Shown here: positions 40,417 through 49,745 of the stretch, in pieces | Layout: the number at the start of each line of letters is the position of its first letter | How positions within the stretch are numbered: position 1 is the first letter of the stretch | DNA from: a virus | DNA: 64,000 bases | Strand: one strand, 5' to 3' | Virus record (IMG/VR): IMGVR_UViG_3300032053_000053 | Coordinates: 6,734-70,733 of that record | Notes under the pieces: generated by a model | What the model saw: only the letters and a program-made list of their open reading frames with translations | What the model was told of the DNA's origin: nothing | Database searches by the model: none | Translations under genes and position numbers: made by a program

Positions 40417-40457
40417 AAAAGCCAAGTCTCCAATTCATTTTGGGACTTGGCTTTTTT
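40417..40457. terminator. Bidirectional intrinsic terminator
   Basis: AAAAGCCAAGTC(T)CCAA-loop-TTGGGACTTGGCTTTTTT. Confidence 0.75.
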
Positions 40458-40695
40458 ATTCTATTCGACCAATTTATTTCAAAGTTTATTGGTTTTGTTT
40501 TGCCGTCCGGGATGAGAGGTGGCGGTAACGAACGACAACCCAATTTGCTGGAACGAGAATGGGCCGCCAACGCATTTTTATGTCGAAGAGCTATCATGAT
40601 GCCAACTTGGTGCAAAATAATTTCCTGAATTGATTATGAAAGATTTTATCAGAATTAGAGTTATAACAATTAGTTTAATAGACGCATTTAATATG

Positions 40696-40744
40696 CGAGG
40701 TTGATCTCGACAAAATCACTAGTCCGAGGTTGATCTCGACAAAA
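40696..40744. repeat. 20-bp direct repeat x2, each with an internal palindrome
   Basis: CGAGGTTGATCTCGACAAAA at 40696 and 40725 (CGAG-N6-CTCG). Confidence 0.9.
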
Positions 40745-40827
40745 CCGTAAGGACTATAGGATTTAAGATTATCAAGAGAATTAGTGTTTTAAGAATTTTG
40801 TTCTATGAAAGTTGTTTTTAAATTAAC

Positions 40828-40915
40828 TTCTCTGTTAACTCAGAGGTTCTTAGGAGGGACAACGTAGTTAACTTATTGTTTTTATTATTGTTTTCTCTGT
40901 TAACTCAGAGGTTCT
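40828..40915. repeat. 23-bp direct repeat x2, each with an internal palindrome
   Basis: TTCTCTGTTAACTCAGAGGTTCT at 40828 and 40893 (CTCTG-N6-CAGAG). Confidence 0.9.
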
Positions 40916-41018
40916 AAGGGGATTTACGTATATTTAAATTGTTTATTTAATATCTTATTTTAACAGCAAATAAAAATAAAAATAGCAGCCAACTGATTTG
41001 ATAATTACGAGGTTATAG

Positions 41019-41594
41019 ATGATCAGTATGCTAAAAAACAACCTACTGAATCGACAATTTGGCAGATTAACCGTACTTGAACGATCAGAAAGCATAAACA
41101 AACGATCTGCTTGGTTGTGTTTATGTTCTTGTGGAAATAAAAAGATAATAAAAGCGGAGTATTTGTTAAGAGGTCATACAAAATCTTGTGGATGTTTGAA
41201 TCAAGAAAAAAGATCTGGCCGGGCAAAAACAATGTATTCGGTTTCAATTAAATATTCTCCTATTGAATCTAATGCTAGGACTGTTTGGAGAAAAACATAC
41301 AAAGATATTAAATTTGAAGATTTTTACAGAATATCTCAAATGGATTGTTATTATTGCGGTTTAGAGCCATCAAATAAATGTAAAGACGGTCTACATGATA
41401 AGAAATCTTCAGAAATAAGAAAAGAAGCTGTATTTGTATATAATGGATTAGATAGGGTTAATTCCGAAGAAGGGCATTCGATTGATAACGTTGTTCCCTG
41501 TTGTTGGCCCTGTAACTATGCCAAAAGAGATAGAACTATTTCTCAATTCACAGATTGGATAATTAAAATTTATGATAGACTTATTAGAAAATAA
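41019..41594 (+). CDS. HNH homing endonuclease (single domain)
   Basis: FGRLTV..WLCLCSCG; CYYC...YNGLDRVNS...NVVPCCWPCN. Confidence 0.85.
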   Translation: MISMLKNNLLNRQFGRLTVLERSESINKRSAWLCLCSCGNKKIIKAEYLLRGHTKSCGCLNQEKRSGRAKTMYSVSIKYSPIESNARTVWRKTYKDIKFEDFYRISQMDCYYCGLEPSNKCKDGLHDKKSSEIRKEAVFVYNGLDRVNSEEGHSIDNVVPCCWPCNYAKRDRTISQFTDWIIKIYDRLIRK

Positions 41595-42360
41595 CTCGAA
41601 ACCATTTATTAACGAATACTCATGGAGATGTTTATTAGGCCCAACACATAAGAATGCCATGGTTGTTGGAGGGTTGGCGACTTGGAGCGTTGGTGTAAAT
41701 AAGCCAAAGAAACATTTTTGTACATTGGGAGATCATATAATAAATGAAGAAGATATTGAGTTTTTAAAGAGTTATAAGTCCTGTAGTTTTTATTATTTAA
41801 CAGAGCAGAATTGTAATATTTTAAAAGAAGCATTTGATATTAATAAAGAAAAATTTGCTAGTACGTGTGTTAAAATTGATACAATAACATATTCTGGCAG
41901 GTCAAATCATGATATACGAGGGGCGGTCAATAAAAACAAAAAGCTTGGATTGATAATAAAAGATAATTATGATAAGTTTGAGGATGTTCAGATTATGTTG
42001 GACGAATGGTCTTCAGTTATTGGGGATAAATACTTTAGGGATTTTTCTGGCAAGAACAAATATTATTTTAAGAATAATTTTCATCTTGAATGCAATAATA
42101 CATTTATTTATGATCAGGATAAGCTGGTTGCATTTGCGTCATTAAGTCCCGGTGAGCATGCGTCATATGTTATAGGAAAAGCGCTATATCACAAATATGG
42201 TGGATTATCGGAATACGCAGATGTTGTGGCGTATGAGCGTGCAGTTGCGAAAGGCACAAAGATGATTAATATGGGTCGTAGCGTTGGAAAGTTAGCATCA
42301 TACAAAAATAAATTTCCGAACTCATGCACAATAATTAATTATAATGGTAAAATACTATGA
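41572..42360 (+). CDS. DUF2156/MprF-C-like GNAT-fold protein (possible aminoacyl-tRNA-dependent transferase)
   Basis: C-terminal LVAFAS...IGKA..YGGLSEY...INMG...LASYKNKFP resembles the DUF2156 KA..G.Y..IN..GL..K..P pattern; recognised by eye only. Confidence 0.45.
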   Translation: MIDLLENNSKPFINEYSWRCLLGPTHKNAMVVGGLATWSVGVNKPKKHFCTLGDHIINEEDIEFLKSYKSCSFYYLTEQNCNILKEAFDINKEKFASTCVKIDTITYSGRSNHDIRGAVNKNKKLGLIIKDNYDKFEDVQIMLDEWSSVIGDKYFRDFSGKNKYYFKNNFHLECNNTFIYDQDKLVAFASLSPGEHASYVIGKALYHKYGGLSEYADVVAYERAVAKGTKMINMGRSVGKLASYKNKFPNSCTIINYNGKIL

Positions 42361-43391
42361 TTTTTGATGACATTATTGAAATCAATGGAATAAAGCTAAC
42401 GAAGAAGTACATTGAAGGCTTGTCATTATCTGAAAGAGAGGCCTTGGTTGAGCCTATTTTTAAGCTATTTCGAGCCAATGGGTTTCCTTATCCAGACAGT
42501 GATAGTAAGTTTAAGAAAGATTATCAAAAGTTAGTTAATTTACAGATCGATGTAAATGTAGATTCGTTGTTTAATAATAGTAGTTTGTGCACGAATATCT
42601 GTAAGTTTTTTTGCAAGAGTTTTTATAGCAGTTCAGAAATAAAATCAAAAACTATGTTGGATATATTTAACGACGATACTAAATTGAAGCGAATTATATT
42701 TAATAGATTAGGGTGTGAGTGGCTATTGGCAGACGGAGGTGGTCCAGGTGTAAACGAATCATTTAATTTTACGACAAAGCAGATTATACAAGGAATGCGT
42801 TCAACAAGAAGTGTTCCATCAATAAGCATGTTTAAGCCGAATATTGCAAAGTTTATGTGCGTTAAGTATTCTGAAATTGGAGATATCATTGGAGATTATT
42901 CATGTGGATTTGGTGGAAGATTATTAGGAACGATGTCATGCGGTAGAAAATATATTGGAACAGACCCTTTGACAACGCCCGATTTAGAAATAATGGCAAA
43001 GTATTTTGAATTCGAGGATTATAAGCTAATTGCAAGCGGATCAGAGAATTATAGAGGGGAAAAGAATAGCATAGATTTATATTGGTCAAGCCCACCATAT
43101 TTTAATCAAGAGGTTTATTCTTTAGATAAGACCCAAGCATATATGAACGGGGAGGATTATTTTTACAATATATATTGGAGAAAGACATTGGAAAACGTCA
43201 AATACATGCTAAAACCCGGAAAATGGTTTGGTTTAAATGTAACAAATTATCCAAAGATGGTTGATATTGCTAAAGAATATTTTGGAGAACATGATCACGA
43301 AGTTAAATTAAGGACTGTTAGGTCGCATTTAACAAAAAACGCTGGGGTGACAAAAGTAGAGCCAATTTATATGTTTAAAAATATAAAGTGA
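42357..43391 (+). CDS. Amino-type (N4C/N6A) DNA methyltransferase
   Basis: SAM-binding DYSCGFGGRLLG followed by catalytic SSPPYF. Confidence 0.8.
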   Translation: MIFDDIIEINGIKLTKKYIEGLSLSEREALVEPIFKLFRANGFPYPDSDSKFKKDYQKLVNLQIDVNVDSLFNNSSLCTNICKFFCKSFYSSSEIKSKTMLDIFNDDTKLKRIIFNRLGCEWLLADGGGPGVNESFNFTTKQIIQGMRSTRSVPSISMFKPNIAKFMCVKYSEIGDIIGDYSCGFGGRLLGTMSCGRKYIGTDPLTTPDLEIMAKYFEFEDYKLIASGSENYRGEKNSIDLYWSSPPYFNQEVYSLDKTQAYMNGEDYFYNIYWRKTLENVKYMLKPGKWFGLNVTNYPKMVDIAKEYFGEHDHEVKLRTVRSHLTKNAGVTKVEPIYMFKNIK

Positions 43392-44155
43392 AAAAGCATA
43401 TAATTAACCAATCTTTTTTTGATTTAATTAATAATGAGCAATCTGCTTATATGTTAGGGCTTTTATTTGCCGATGGGGCGGTGAATATTAAAAATTATAA
43501 TATTTGTCTATGTTTGGCTGAAAAAGATAAAGATATATTAACTAAATTTGCTAGTTTAATGTTCGCCAATGTCGATGATACTGATATTAGTACGTACAAA
43601 TCTAAACAAAAACCGTTTAATAATTATTGTAGGGTTAATGTTAATAGCAAATATATGATTAATAAACTAATTAATCTTGGATGCACGCCTAGAAAATCAA
43701 TGACCTTGCGATTTCCGGAACAGTTAAAAGAGGAAAATATTTTAAGACATTTCATAAGAGGGTATTTTGATGGCGATGGTTCTATAATCCAAAAAACAAG
43801 GGCTTTAACTATAACATCAACATTACAATTTTGTACCAAGACAAGCGAAATAATAAATAAATATGCAGCAATTGAACCAAAGATATATAAATATAAAAAT
43901 GTTTATAGATTAACGGTTCATGGCAGAAATAAAGCAATTAAAATATTAGATTGGCTTTACAGGGACGCAACAATTTATTTGCGCAGGAAAAACGAAATAT
44001 ATAAAAATATTAAAGCTGAAAGCTCAAAATATTTTTCCAAAGAAGATGTCGTTATGTTTTCATATTTTTACAATTCAGGATTTACATATAAAAAAATTGC
44101 AGATTTATATGGGTGCAGTGATTCTGGTATTAGACGTGCAATTAATAGAAGTTAA
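43388..44155 (+). CDS. LAGLIDADG homing endonuclease with C-terminal HTH
   Basis: AYMLGLLFADG and HFIRGYFDGDG. Confidence 0.88.
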   Translation: MKKHIINQSFFDLINNEQSAYMLGLLFADGAVNIKNYNICLCLAEKDKDILTKFASLMFANVDDTDISTYKSKQKPFNNYCRVNVNSKYMINKLINLGCTPRKSMTLRFPEQLKEENILRHFIRGYFDGDGSIIQKTRALTITSTLQFCTKTSEIINKYAAIEPKIYKYKNVYRLTVHGRNKAIKILDWLYRDATIYLRRKNEIYKNIKAESSKYFSKEDVVMFSYFYNSGFTYKKIADLYGCSDSGIRRAINRS

Positions 44156-44287
44156 TTATCACGGGCGAAAGCAATGGGGCATCGGGGTTTTATGGCATAA
44201 CCAATAAAAAATAACTCATATGAATTGAGCGCCTAATATGTATTTTATGTATAATTTGTCAATGGCGACGATTATTTTGGTATAATA

Positions 44288-45013
44288 TTGGATTATTTTA
44301 ATATGGATATCGAAGAGCTATCAGAGATACATGATTTAATTTTGGCCGGAATAAAAGATATTTCGGGTCGTAAAATTATATCAAATCTGCGAAAAGAAGC
44401 TATTAAATCATTATCGGAAACAAAAATAATTAAGCTTGCATTCGATACACGAAGAATAAACCAGGAAATTGATTATATTCCAAGACGTGGTTTGCAAAAT
44501 TATCATCGTAGTGAAGCTTTTATTTCAGAGGCATTGTCACAAAAATTAAATAACTTTGTAAAACTTAAGCTTGCGTTGGACGAATTAAAGGAAAAATTTG
44601 AGGCACAACCTGAATGGCAAGATAGTTATGCTAGGGTACTTCTTAATTCAATAAATAGAGCAATTCGTTTTGATCAAAAAGACGGCGATTATTCTGAAAC
44701 TCAGCCAGGTGTTGGAAGCTTAGATTACCTTGAAGAATTATTGCATGTTAGATATCGTTTAGATATGAATATGATTAAATCTATGTCCGGAGATGATCTA
44801 AAAAGAGTTCTATTAGAGAAAGATGAATTATTGATGAAGAAAGATTCCGTTCTTCCCGCTATTAATTCAGTTGAAATATCTAAAAGAGACGTCGCAACAC
44901 AAGGATATGATTCGCTATTAGATAAGTTATTTGGAGGTGTTAAAGCTACCAAAGAAAATAAGAATGTTGAGCGAACGGTAACAATAACAATTCGTGATTC
45001 ATTTGTAGAATAA
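44288..45013 (+). CDS. Hypothetical protein, putative virion protein
   Basis: 241-aa ORF; IIKLAF motif; start may be the ATG at 44303. Confidence 0.55.
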   Translation: MDYFNMDIEELSEIHDLILAGIKDISGRKIISNLRKEAIKSLSETKIIKLAFDTRRINQEIDYIPRRGLQNYHRSEAFISEALSQKLNNFVKLKLALDELKEKFEAQPEWQDSYARVLLNSINRAIRFDQKDGDYSETQPGVGSLDYLEELLHVRYRLDMNMIKSMSGDDLKRVLLEKDELLMKKDSVLPAINSVEISKRDVATQGYDSLLDKLFGGVKATKENKNVERTVTITIRDSFVE

Positions 45014-45025
45014 GGGGCCGGCCAA

Positions 45026-46009
45026 ATGCCCAAGATTAAGAATGATTTGTCTGGAAAAATATTCGGAAGATTAACGGCGAATAATCATGCCGGATTCGCA
45101 GTGAGTAATTTAAACAATAAACGAAGATCTGTTTGGAATTGTAAATGCTCTTGTGGAAATATAGTTTTAATTAGAGAGAATGGGCTTTTAACCGGAAATA
45201 CTAGGTCTTGTGGATGCCTTCATAAAGAACAATCGAAAATCAATGCATCGGCCGTTCATATATCAAATATAAAATATAATCCAATTATATTTTCCGCAAA
45301 ATCTATTTGGTGGGCAACATATAAAGAAAATGATGGAGTTTCTTTTGATGAATTTTACAAAATGTCTCAACAAAATTGCTTTTACTGTAATTCTGAACCA
45401 AATACAAAATATAATCGGTTTAATAAGGCAAATGCAACGTTTATTTATAATGGTTTAGATCGCGTTAATTCAAAATTTGGACATGTTAGCGACAATGTAG
45501 TTGCTTGTTGTAAAATATGTAATAGGGCAAAGGGAAATAAATTAATATCAAACTTTAATCAATATATAATTAATTTAATGTCAGCTGATAGAATAAGTCC
45601 AGATAGCTATCGTAGTTTGCATCATAATATATTAATGTGTGATCTTAATGAAAAATATCTGGGCTCATCAATAAAAACTACATTCAAATGCAGTTATAAT
45701 GATAGCGGATTATCGATTAATCAATTTTACAAATTATCACAGCTAAATTGTTATTATTGCTCACAAAGTCCAAATAACAAGGCTAATAAATCAAAAAAAG
45801 ATGGCGGAGATTATATTTACAACGGCTTAGATAGATTAGATAACTCCATATCTCATTGTTATAGTAATGTTGTCCCATGCTGTAAAAGCTGTAATTTCGC
45901 CAAAAGTAATTTATCTTTTGATGATTTTATGTATTGGATTGGAAAATTGAAAAGTAATCATAGTAATCTTCAAATAAAAATAAATACCATGCTCGGAAAT
46001 ATACAATGA
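45026..46009 (+). CDS. HNH homing endonuclease with tandem HNH domains
   Basis: FGRLTA..WNCKCSCG; two YNGLDR...CCKxCN domains. Confidence 0.85.
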   Translation: MPKIKNDLSGKIFGRLTANNHAGFAVSNLNNKRRSVWNCKCSCGNIVLIRENGLLTGNTRSCGCLHKEQSKINASAVHISNIKYNPIIFSAKSIWWATYKENDGVSFDEFYKMSQQNCFYCNSEPNTKYNRFNKANATFIYNGLDRVNSKFGHVSDNVVACCKICNRAKGNKLISNFNQYIINLMSADRISPDSYRSLHHNILMCDLNEKYLGSSIKTTFKCSYNDSGLSINQFYKLSQLNCYYCSQSPNNKANKSKKDGGDYIYNGLDRLDNSISHCYSNVVPCCKSCNFAKSNLSFDDFMYWIGKLKSNHSNLQIKINTMLGNIQ

Positions 46010-46716
46010 GCAGCGAAAGTAATTTTGCATATTCTTTAAAGTATAATACCCATTTTGTAATAAAGAATATTACTGGTTATACTGATGCCGAAATACTTGC
46101 AGAAGAAAATTTGGTTATTCCTCAAGCATATAGATCACGCAAGAAAACTATACATGTTTTTCATTATCCAATACTTGCAGGAGAAACAAGAGACTTATTG
46201 CAGATACCGGGTGTCCAAGAGTCTGATATTCGGTCATCTCTTCTTAAAGGTGTGATTAGGCATAAGTTTTTGTGTGGAGATATTGCATTAGTGTCAAGTA
46301 ATATAGACCTTCTTCAATTTAGCGACAAACAACGCGCATTCTTGTATAAGTACGGTTTCTTTGAAGGAGTGGCAATAGGGGAAGATGAAATTGATGATAC
46401 TGGAATTTCTTATATACAAACAAAAATAGTATCAAGCAGTATAGGGTATTTGTGGAGAGAAAAAATACCTTTAATTGGCGCCAGAGATGGGCTTAATAAA
46501 ACATTTTATACGCCAGATAAGTTCATTAACGGCTCGTATTTAAGTAATATTTTCCATATAACAGTAGAGCACAATGGAAAAGAATTGTATGAAAATATAG
46601 ATTTTACAATTGGAGAGTCGGCAGGCCCAGGTACCGGTTATGACATAATTAATATATTTTCGTTAACTCCAAATTACCACAGTTTACTTTTTGCAACATA
46701 CGCAATAAAAATTTAA
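46006..46716 (+). CDS. Putative structural protein
   Basis: 236 aa; C-terminal GARDGLNKTF..NGKELYENIDF beta module; ATGA coupling. Confidence 0.5.
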   Translation: MSSESNFAYSLKYNTHFVIKNITGYTDAEILAEENLVIPQAYRSRKKTIHVFHYPILAGETRDLLQIPGVQESDIRSSLLKGVIRHKFLCGDIALVSSNIDLLQFSDKQRAFLYKYGFFEGVAIGEDEIDDTGISYIQTKIVSSSIGYLWREKIPLIGARDGLNKTFYTPDKFINGSYLSNIFHITVEHNGKELYENIDFTIGESAGPGTGYDIINIFSLTPNYHSLLFATYAIKI

Positions 46717-46825
46717 AATTTAAATTATTTGGTGATAATCCTATATTTATTTATAAAACATTTGCCATGAATAATATTTATAGTAAGGCGCAAATGTTAG
46801 TATCTTTAACTTATAGGATAAAAAA

Positions 46826-48322
46826 ATGGCGCCGTACGTTAGATTAAATGCATTGGATCAGGCTTTAGATATAGCCGGGTCTTTATTACAATCAGACCTT
46901 AGAACATTGTCTAATGAGCCAGATGGTTATGGCGCTCCAATTTCTGGGCAATCTGGAACTGATGGTTATATATCAGCAGTTTCTTTAGGAATAGCAACTG
47001 TCACGGGCTTAACTGGGATGACCGCTCAGTCCATAGGTAGATTCTTAACCTTAGTAGATGGTTATGCTCCAGCCAATACAGGAACATTTTTAATAGTTCA
47101 ATTTAACTCAGCCGTATCTGTTGATGTTTCCAATGCATCGGCCGTAGTTAATACCACTAATCCTATTATATGGTCAGAACGAAATCCATATAGATTAGAA
47201 GATGACTTAAACTTTGTTCGTACAGATCGTAGATTAATTAAAGGAACAACTAATTTTTATGATGCAGTTCCAACATACAGCAGACCAACCGCAACTGGCA
47301 CTCTTGTTCCAGCTAATTTATCAAATATTGCCGGGAAAACTCTTGATGCGCATGCCTGGGTAATTAATCGATTATTTAGAGCCGATCCAGTTCTTGCAGG
47401 TGATGGATATTCTATAATTAGTGCGCCTGGCGCTTTACAATATGCCGATGCAACTGATCGTACTGGCGTTCCTATTAATGATGGTTTTGACGCTGGTAAT
47501 AGCGAGGCCACATATGTAGAAATAATAAATCCGGCAACAGAGGAATATCTTATTGCACGAGGTGGTTCTACTGATGGATATAGGATTTTTGGACGAACAC
47601 GACAAGGAACCACTGGTGTTGAGCCAAATAGCCTTGAGGTCGAGTTCCGCGCAGTTCCAATGGGTGCGGCAGTTACTTCGTCTGTTGCATATACTTGGGA
47701 CGCGTATCAACCAACAACTGTAGATTATTACTACGGTTATCGTGAAAGAGCTGATAATCTAACTGAAACTGCCTTTAGAACGACCTTGGTAAACGGCTTG
47801 TTCAGTGATGGTGGGGCAACTACAAATATCAACAATATTCTTACCACTATTGGAACAACTATTGGCGATACATTTCTGACATTAACTAATACGGGGAACT
47901 ATTTCGTATTTAGTGATTTACCAGACGGAACCCCTTCGGTAACAGAGGCGTTTAATACAATAAACACCCAAATAGGGGATAGAGTGTTTACCGGTACGGT
48001 CATTGGCAACGACGATGGTTACACGATTACACAAATACTGCAAGACCTAGCTGACGCAATATCGACAGCGAGCGTTTTAAGAATCAAAGAGATACTTGCT
48101 GTAGACGTAAACGCCAACGTAGCTCATACTATACCCGGCGGAACATATACCATAGATCCTACTTTCAATGGACAGAATTTAAATGTTTACACACGAGGAA
48201 TCTTACGAGATCCTGGGCCGGTTGCAACAGGTAATGATTATTCTGAGACAAGCACAACACAGGTTACGTTTTATGCAAAGCAAAAAGCAGGCGATCATAT
48301 CAACTACTTTATTTACGCGTAA
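46826..48322 (+). CDS. Putative virion surface structural protein (6 DGY motifs)
   Basis: Thr/Gly/Ala-rich 498 aa; AGGA RBS; own terminator. Confidence 0.6.
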   Translation: MAPYVRLNALDQALDIAGSLLQSDLRTLSNEPDGYGAPISGQSGTDGYISAVSLGIATVTGLTGMTAQSIGRFLTLVDGYAPANTGTFLIVQFNSAVSVDVSNASAVVNTTNPIIWSERNPYRLEDDLNFVRTDRRLIKGTTNFYDAVPTYSRPTATGTLVPANLSNIAGKTLDAHAWVINRLFRADPVLAGDGYSIISAPGALQYADATDRTGVPINDGFDAGNSEATYVEIINPATEEYLIARGGSTDGYRIFGRTRQGTTGVEPNSLEVEFRAVPMGAAVTSSVAYTWDAYQPTTVDYYYGYRERADNLTETAFRTTLVNGLFSDGGATTNINNILTTIGTTIGDTFLTLTNTGNYFVFSDLPDGTPSVTEAFNTINTQIGDRVFTGTVIGNDDGYTITQILQDLADAISTASVLRIKEILAVDVNANVAHTIPGGTYTIDPTFNGQNLNVYTRGILRDPGPVATGNDYSETSTTQVTFYAKQKAGDHINYFIYA

Positions 48323-48341
48323 TTTTTATTTAATCTAGATT

Positions 48342-48382
48342 AATAAAGGTTGGTCGAAAAACGGCCAACCTTTATTTTTTTT
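48342..48382 (+). terminator. Rho-independent terminator
   Basis: AATAAAGGTTGGTCG-loop-CGGCCAACCTTTATTTTTTTT. Confidence 0.8.
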
Positions 48383-48399
48383 CGTTATACATAAATTAC

Positions 48400-49491
48400 A
48401 TGGATATTATTGGACGCACATTTGGCAGTTTAATGGTAGTTTCTAGTGCCGATTCATTTATTAGAAACAACGGTAAAAAACGCCAAATGGTTAGATGTAA
48501 ATGTTCTTGTGGAAATATTGTTATTCTTAGAAAAGATTCTTTAAAATCAGGAGACTATACATCTTGCGGATGTGGTATTAACATTAGAATTAAATCAGCA
48601 GTTAATTTAATTGGAAAAAGATTTTGCAAATTGGTAGTGCTTGAGCGATTATTATATGCACAAAACAATGTGGATAATTCTGCCGTTTGGAAATGTATAT
48701 GTGATTGCGGAAAAAATGTTATCAAAACATCGCGTGAATTAAGCAAAAAAAATATATCATGTGGGTGTGACGTTGTTTTTATTCCAAAATGGATGGTTAC
48801 TGCTAAAAACGTATATTATCATTACAGAGATGGTGATATATCTTTTGAAGATTTCCTGTTATTATCTCAAAAAAAATGTTATTATTGTAGCTGTGGTCCG
48901 ACAAAACGACATAATGTATCAAAACCTAGTTATAAAAATAAAAAAGATTATGATTTTTTATTTAACGGAATAGATAGGCTTGATAATTCGGAAGGCCATA
49001 ACAAAAATAATTGCGTTACCGCCTGTTGGGATTGCAATAGAATTAAGCATATTCTTTCTTGTAATAATTTTATTAGGCAAATAGGACTTATATATAATAA
49101 TTTTAATCTGGATGATTGTAATGTCAGCCGCAACGAATATTCTTTAGATAAAATAAAAATTATGAGATATATTTTTAATGATTATAATAAAAGGAACATG
49201 GGAGATATCTCATTTGAAGATTTTTCTAAATTATGTTTAAGTAATTGTTTTTATTGCAATTCTCCTCCGTCTAATAAAAGAAAATATTTATTAAAAAATA
49301 AAGGTGTCGTTGCGTATCTAATGTATTCTGGATTAGATAGAATTGATAATTTTTTGCCGTATAATCTAAATAACGTTGTTAGTTGCTGCAAAATATGTAA
49401 TTTCATGAAGGGGATTTTGCATTTTAATGATTTTCTACATAAGATAAATAAAATTAATTCAAATTTAGTTAAAAATAAATTAATATTATAA
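48400..49491 (+). CDS. HNH homing endonuclease with tandem HNH domains
   Basis: Two CxCxCG modules and two GxDR...CxxCN domains. Confidence 0.85.
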   Translation: MDIIGRTFGSLMVVSSADSFIRNNGKKRQMVRCKCSCGNIVILRKDSLKSGDYTSCGCGINIRIKSAVNLIGKRFCKLVVLERLLYAQNNVDNSAVWKCICDCGKNVIKTSRELSKKNISCGCDVVFIPKWMVTAKNVYYHYRDGDISFEDFLLLSQKKCYYCSCGPTKRHNVSKPSYKNKKDYDFLFNGIDRLDNSEGHNKNNCVTACWDCNRIKHILSCNNFIRQIGLIYNNFNLDDCNVSRNEYSLDKIKIMRYIFNDYNKRNMGDISFEDFSKLCLSNCFYCNSPPSNKRKYLLKNKGVVAYLMYSGLDRIDNFLPYNLNNVVSCCKICNFMKGILHFNDFLHKINKINSNLVKNKLIL

Positions 49492-49745
49492 TGTGCGAAT
49501 TGATATATAAATTACAAATGAATATAAAACCAGATGTGTCATTTATTCAGGTTGATTGCCCAGATCGCAAATGTTCTTCGGGACATATTGCAAATGAAAT
49601 GTTTAGAAGGGATGGTAAAGATCATCCGGAAGAGCCCACTAGATTTTTCGATGTAGTTGTTAAAAATAAATCTATGGGTACTTTTTGTGAGCCTTGTTTA
49701 ATAATGGCAAACTATATTAAACAACAAAGGCTCAAGGGAAAATGA
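49491..49745 (+). CDS. Small Cys-rich hypothetical protein
   Basis: CPDRKC...CEPC; translationally coupled on both sides. Confidence 0.55.
   Translation: MCELIYKLQMNIKPDVSFIQVDCPDRKCSSGHIANEMFRRDGKDHPEEPTRFFDVVVKNKSMGTFCEPCLIMANYIKQQRLKGK

Noticed and set aside
40415-40628. Short ORFs 40415..40615 (-) and 40440..40628 (+)
   Set aside because: They overlap a terminator, lack an RBS and have atypical composition; more likely non-coding.
40696-40915. Possible mini-CRISPR array
   Set aside because: Two different repeats with only two copies each, spacers of 9 and 42 nt, and no cas genes in the window.
44160-44235. Possible small structured RNA (GGCG...CGCC with inner hairpins)
   Set aside because: Stems are only 4-5 bp; not distinguishable from chance without covariation.
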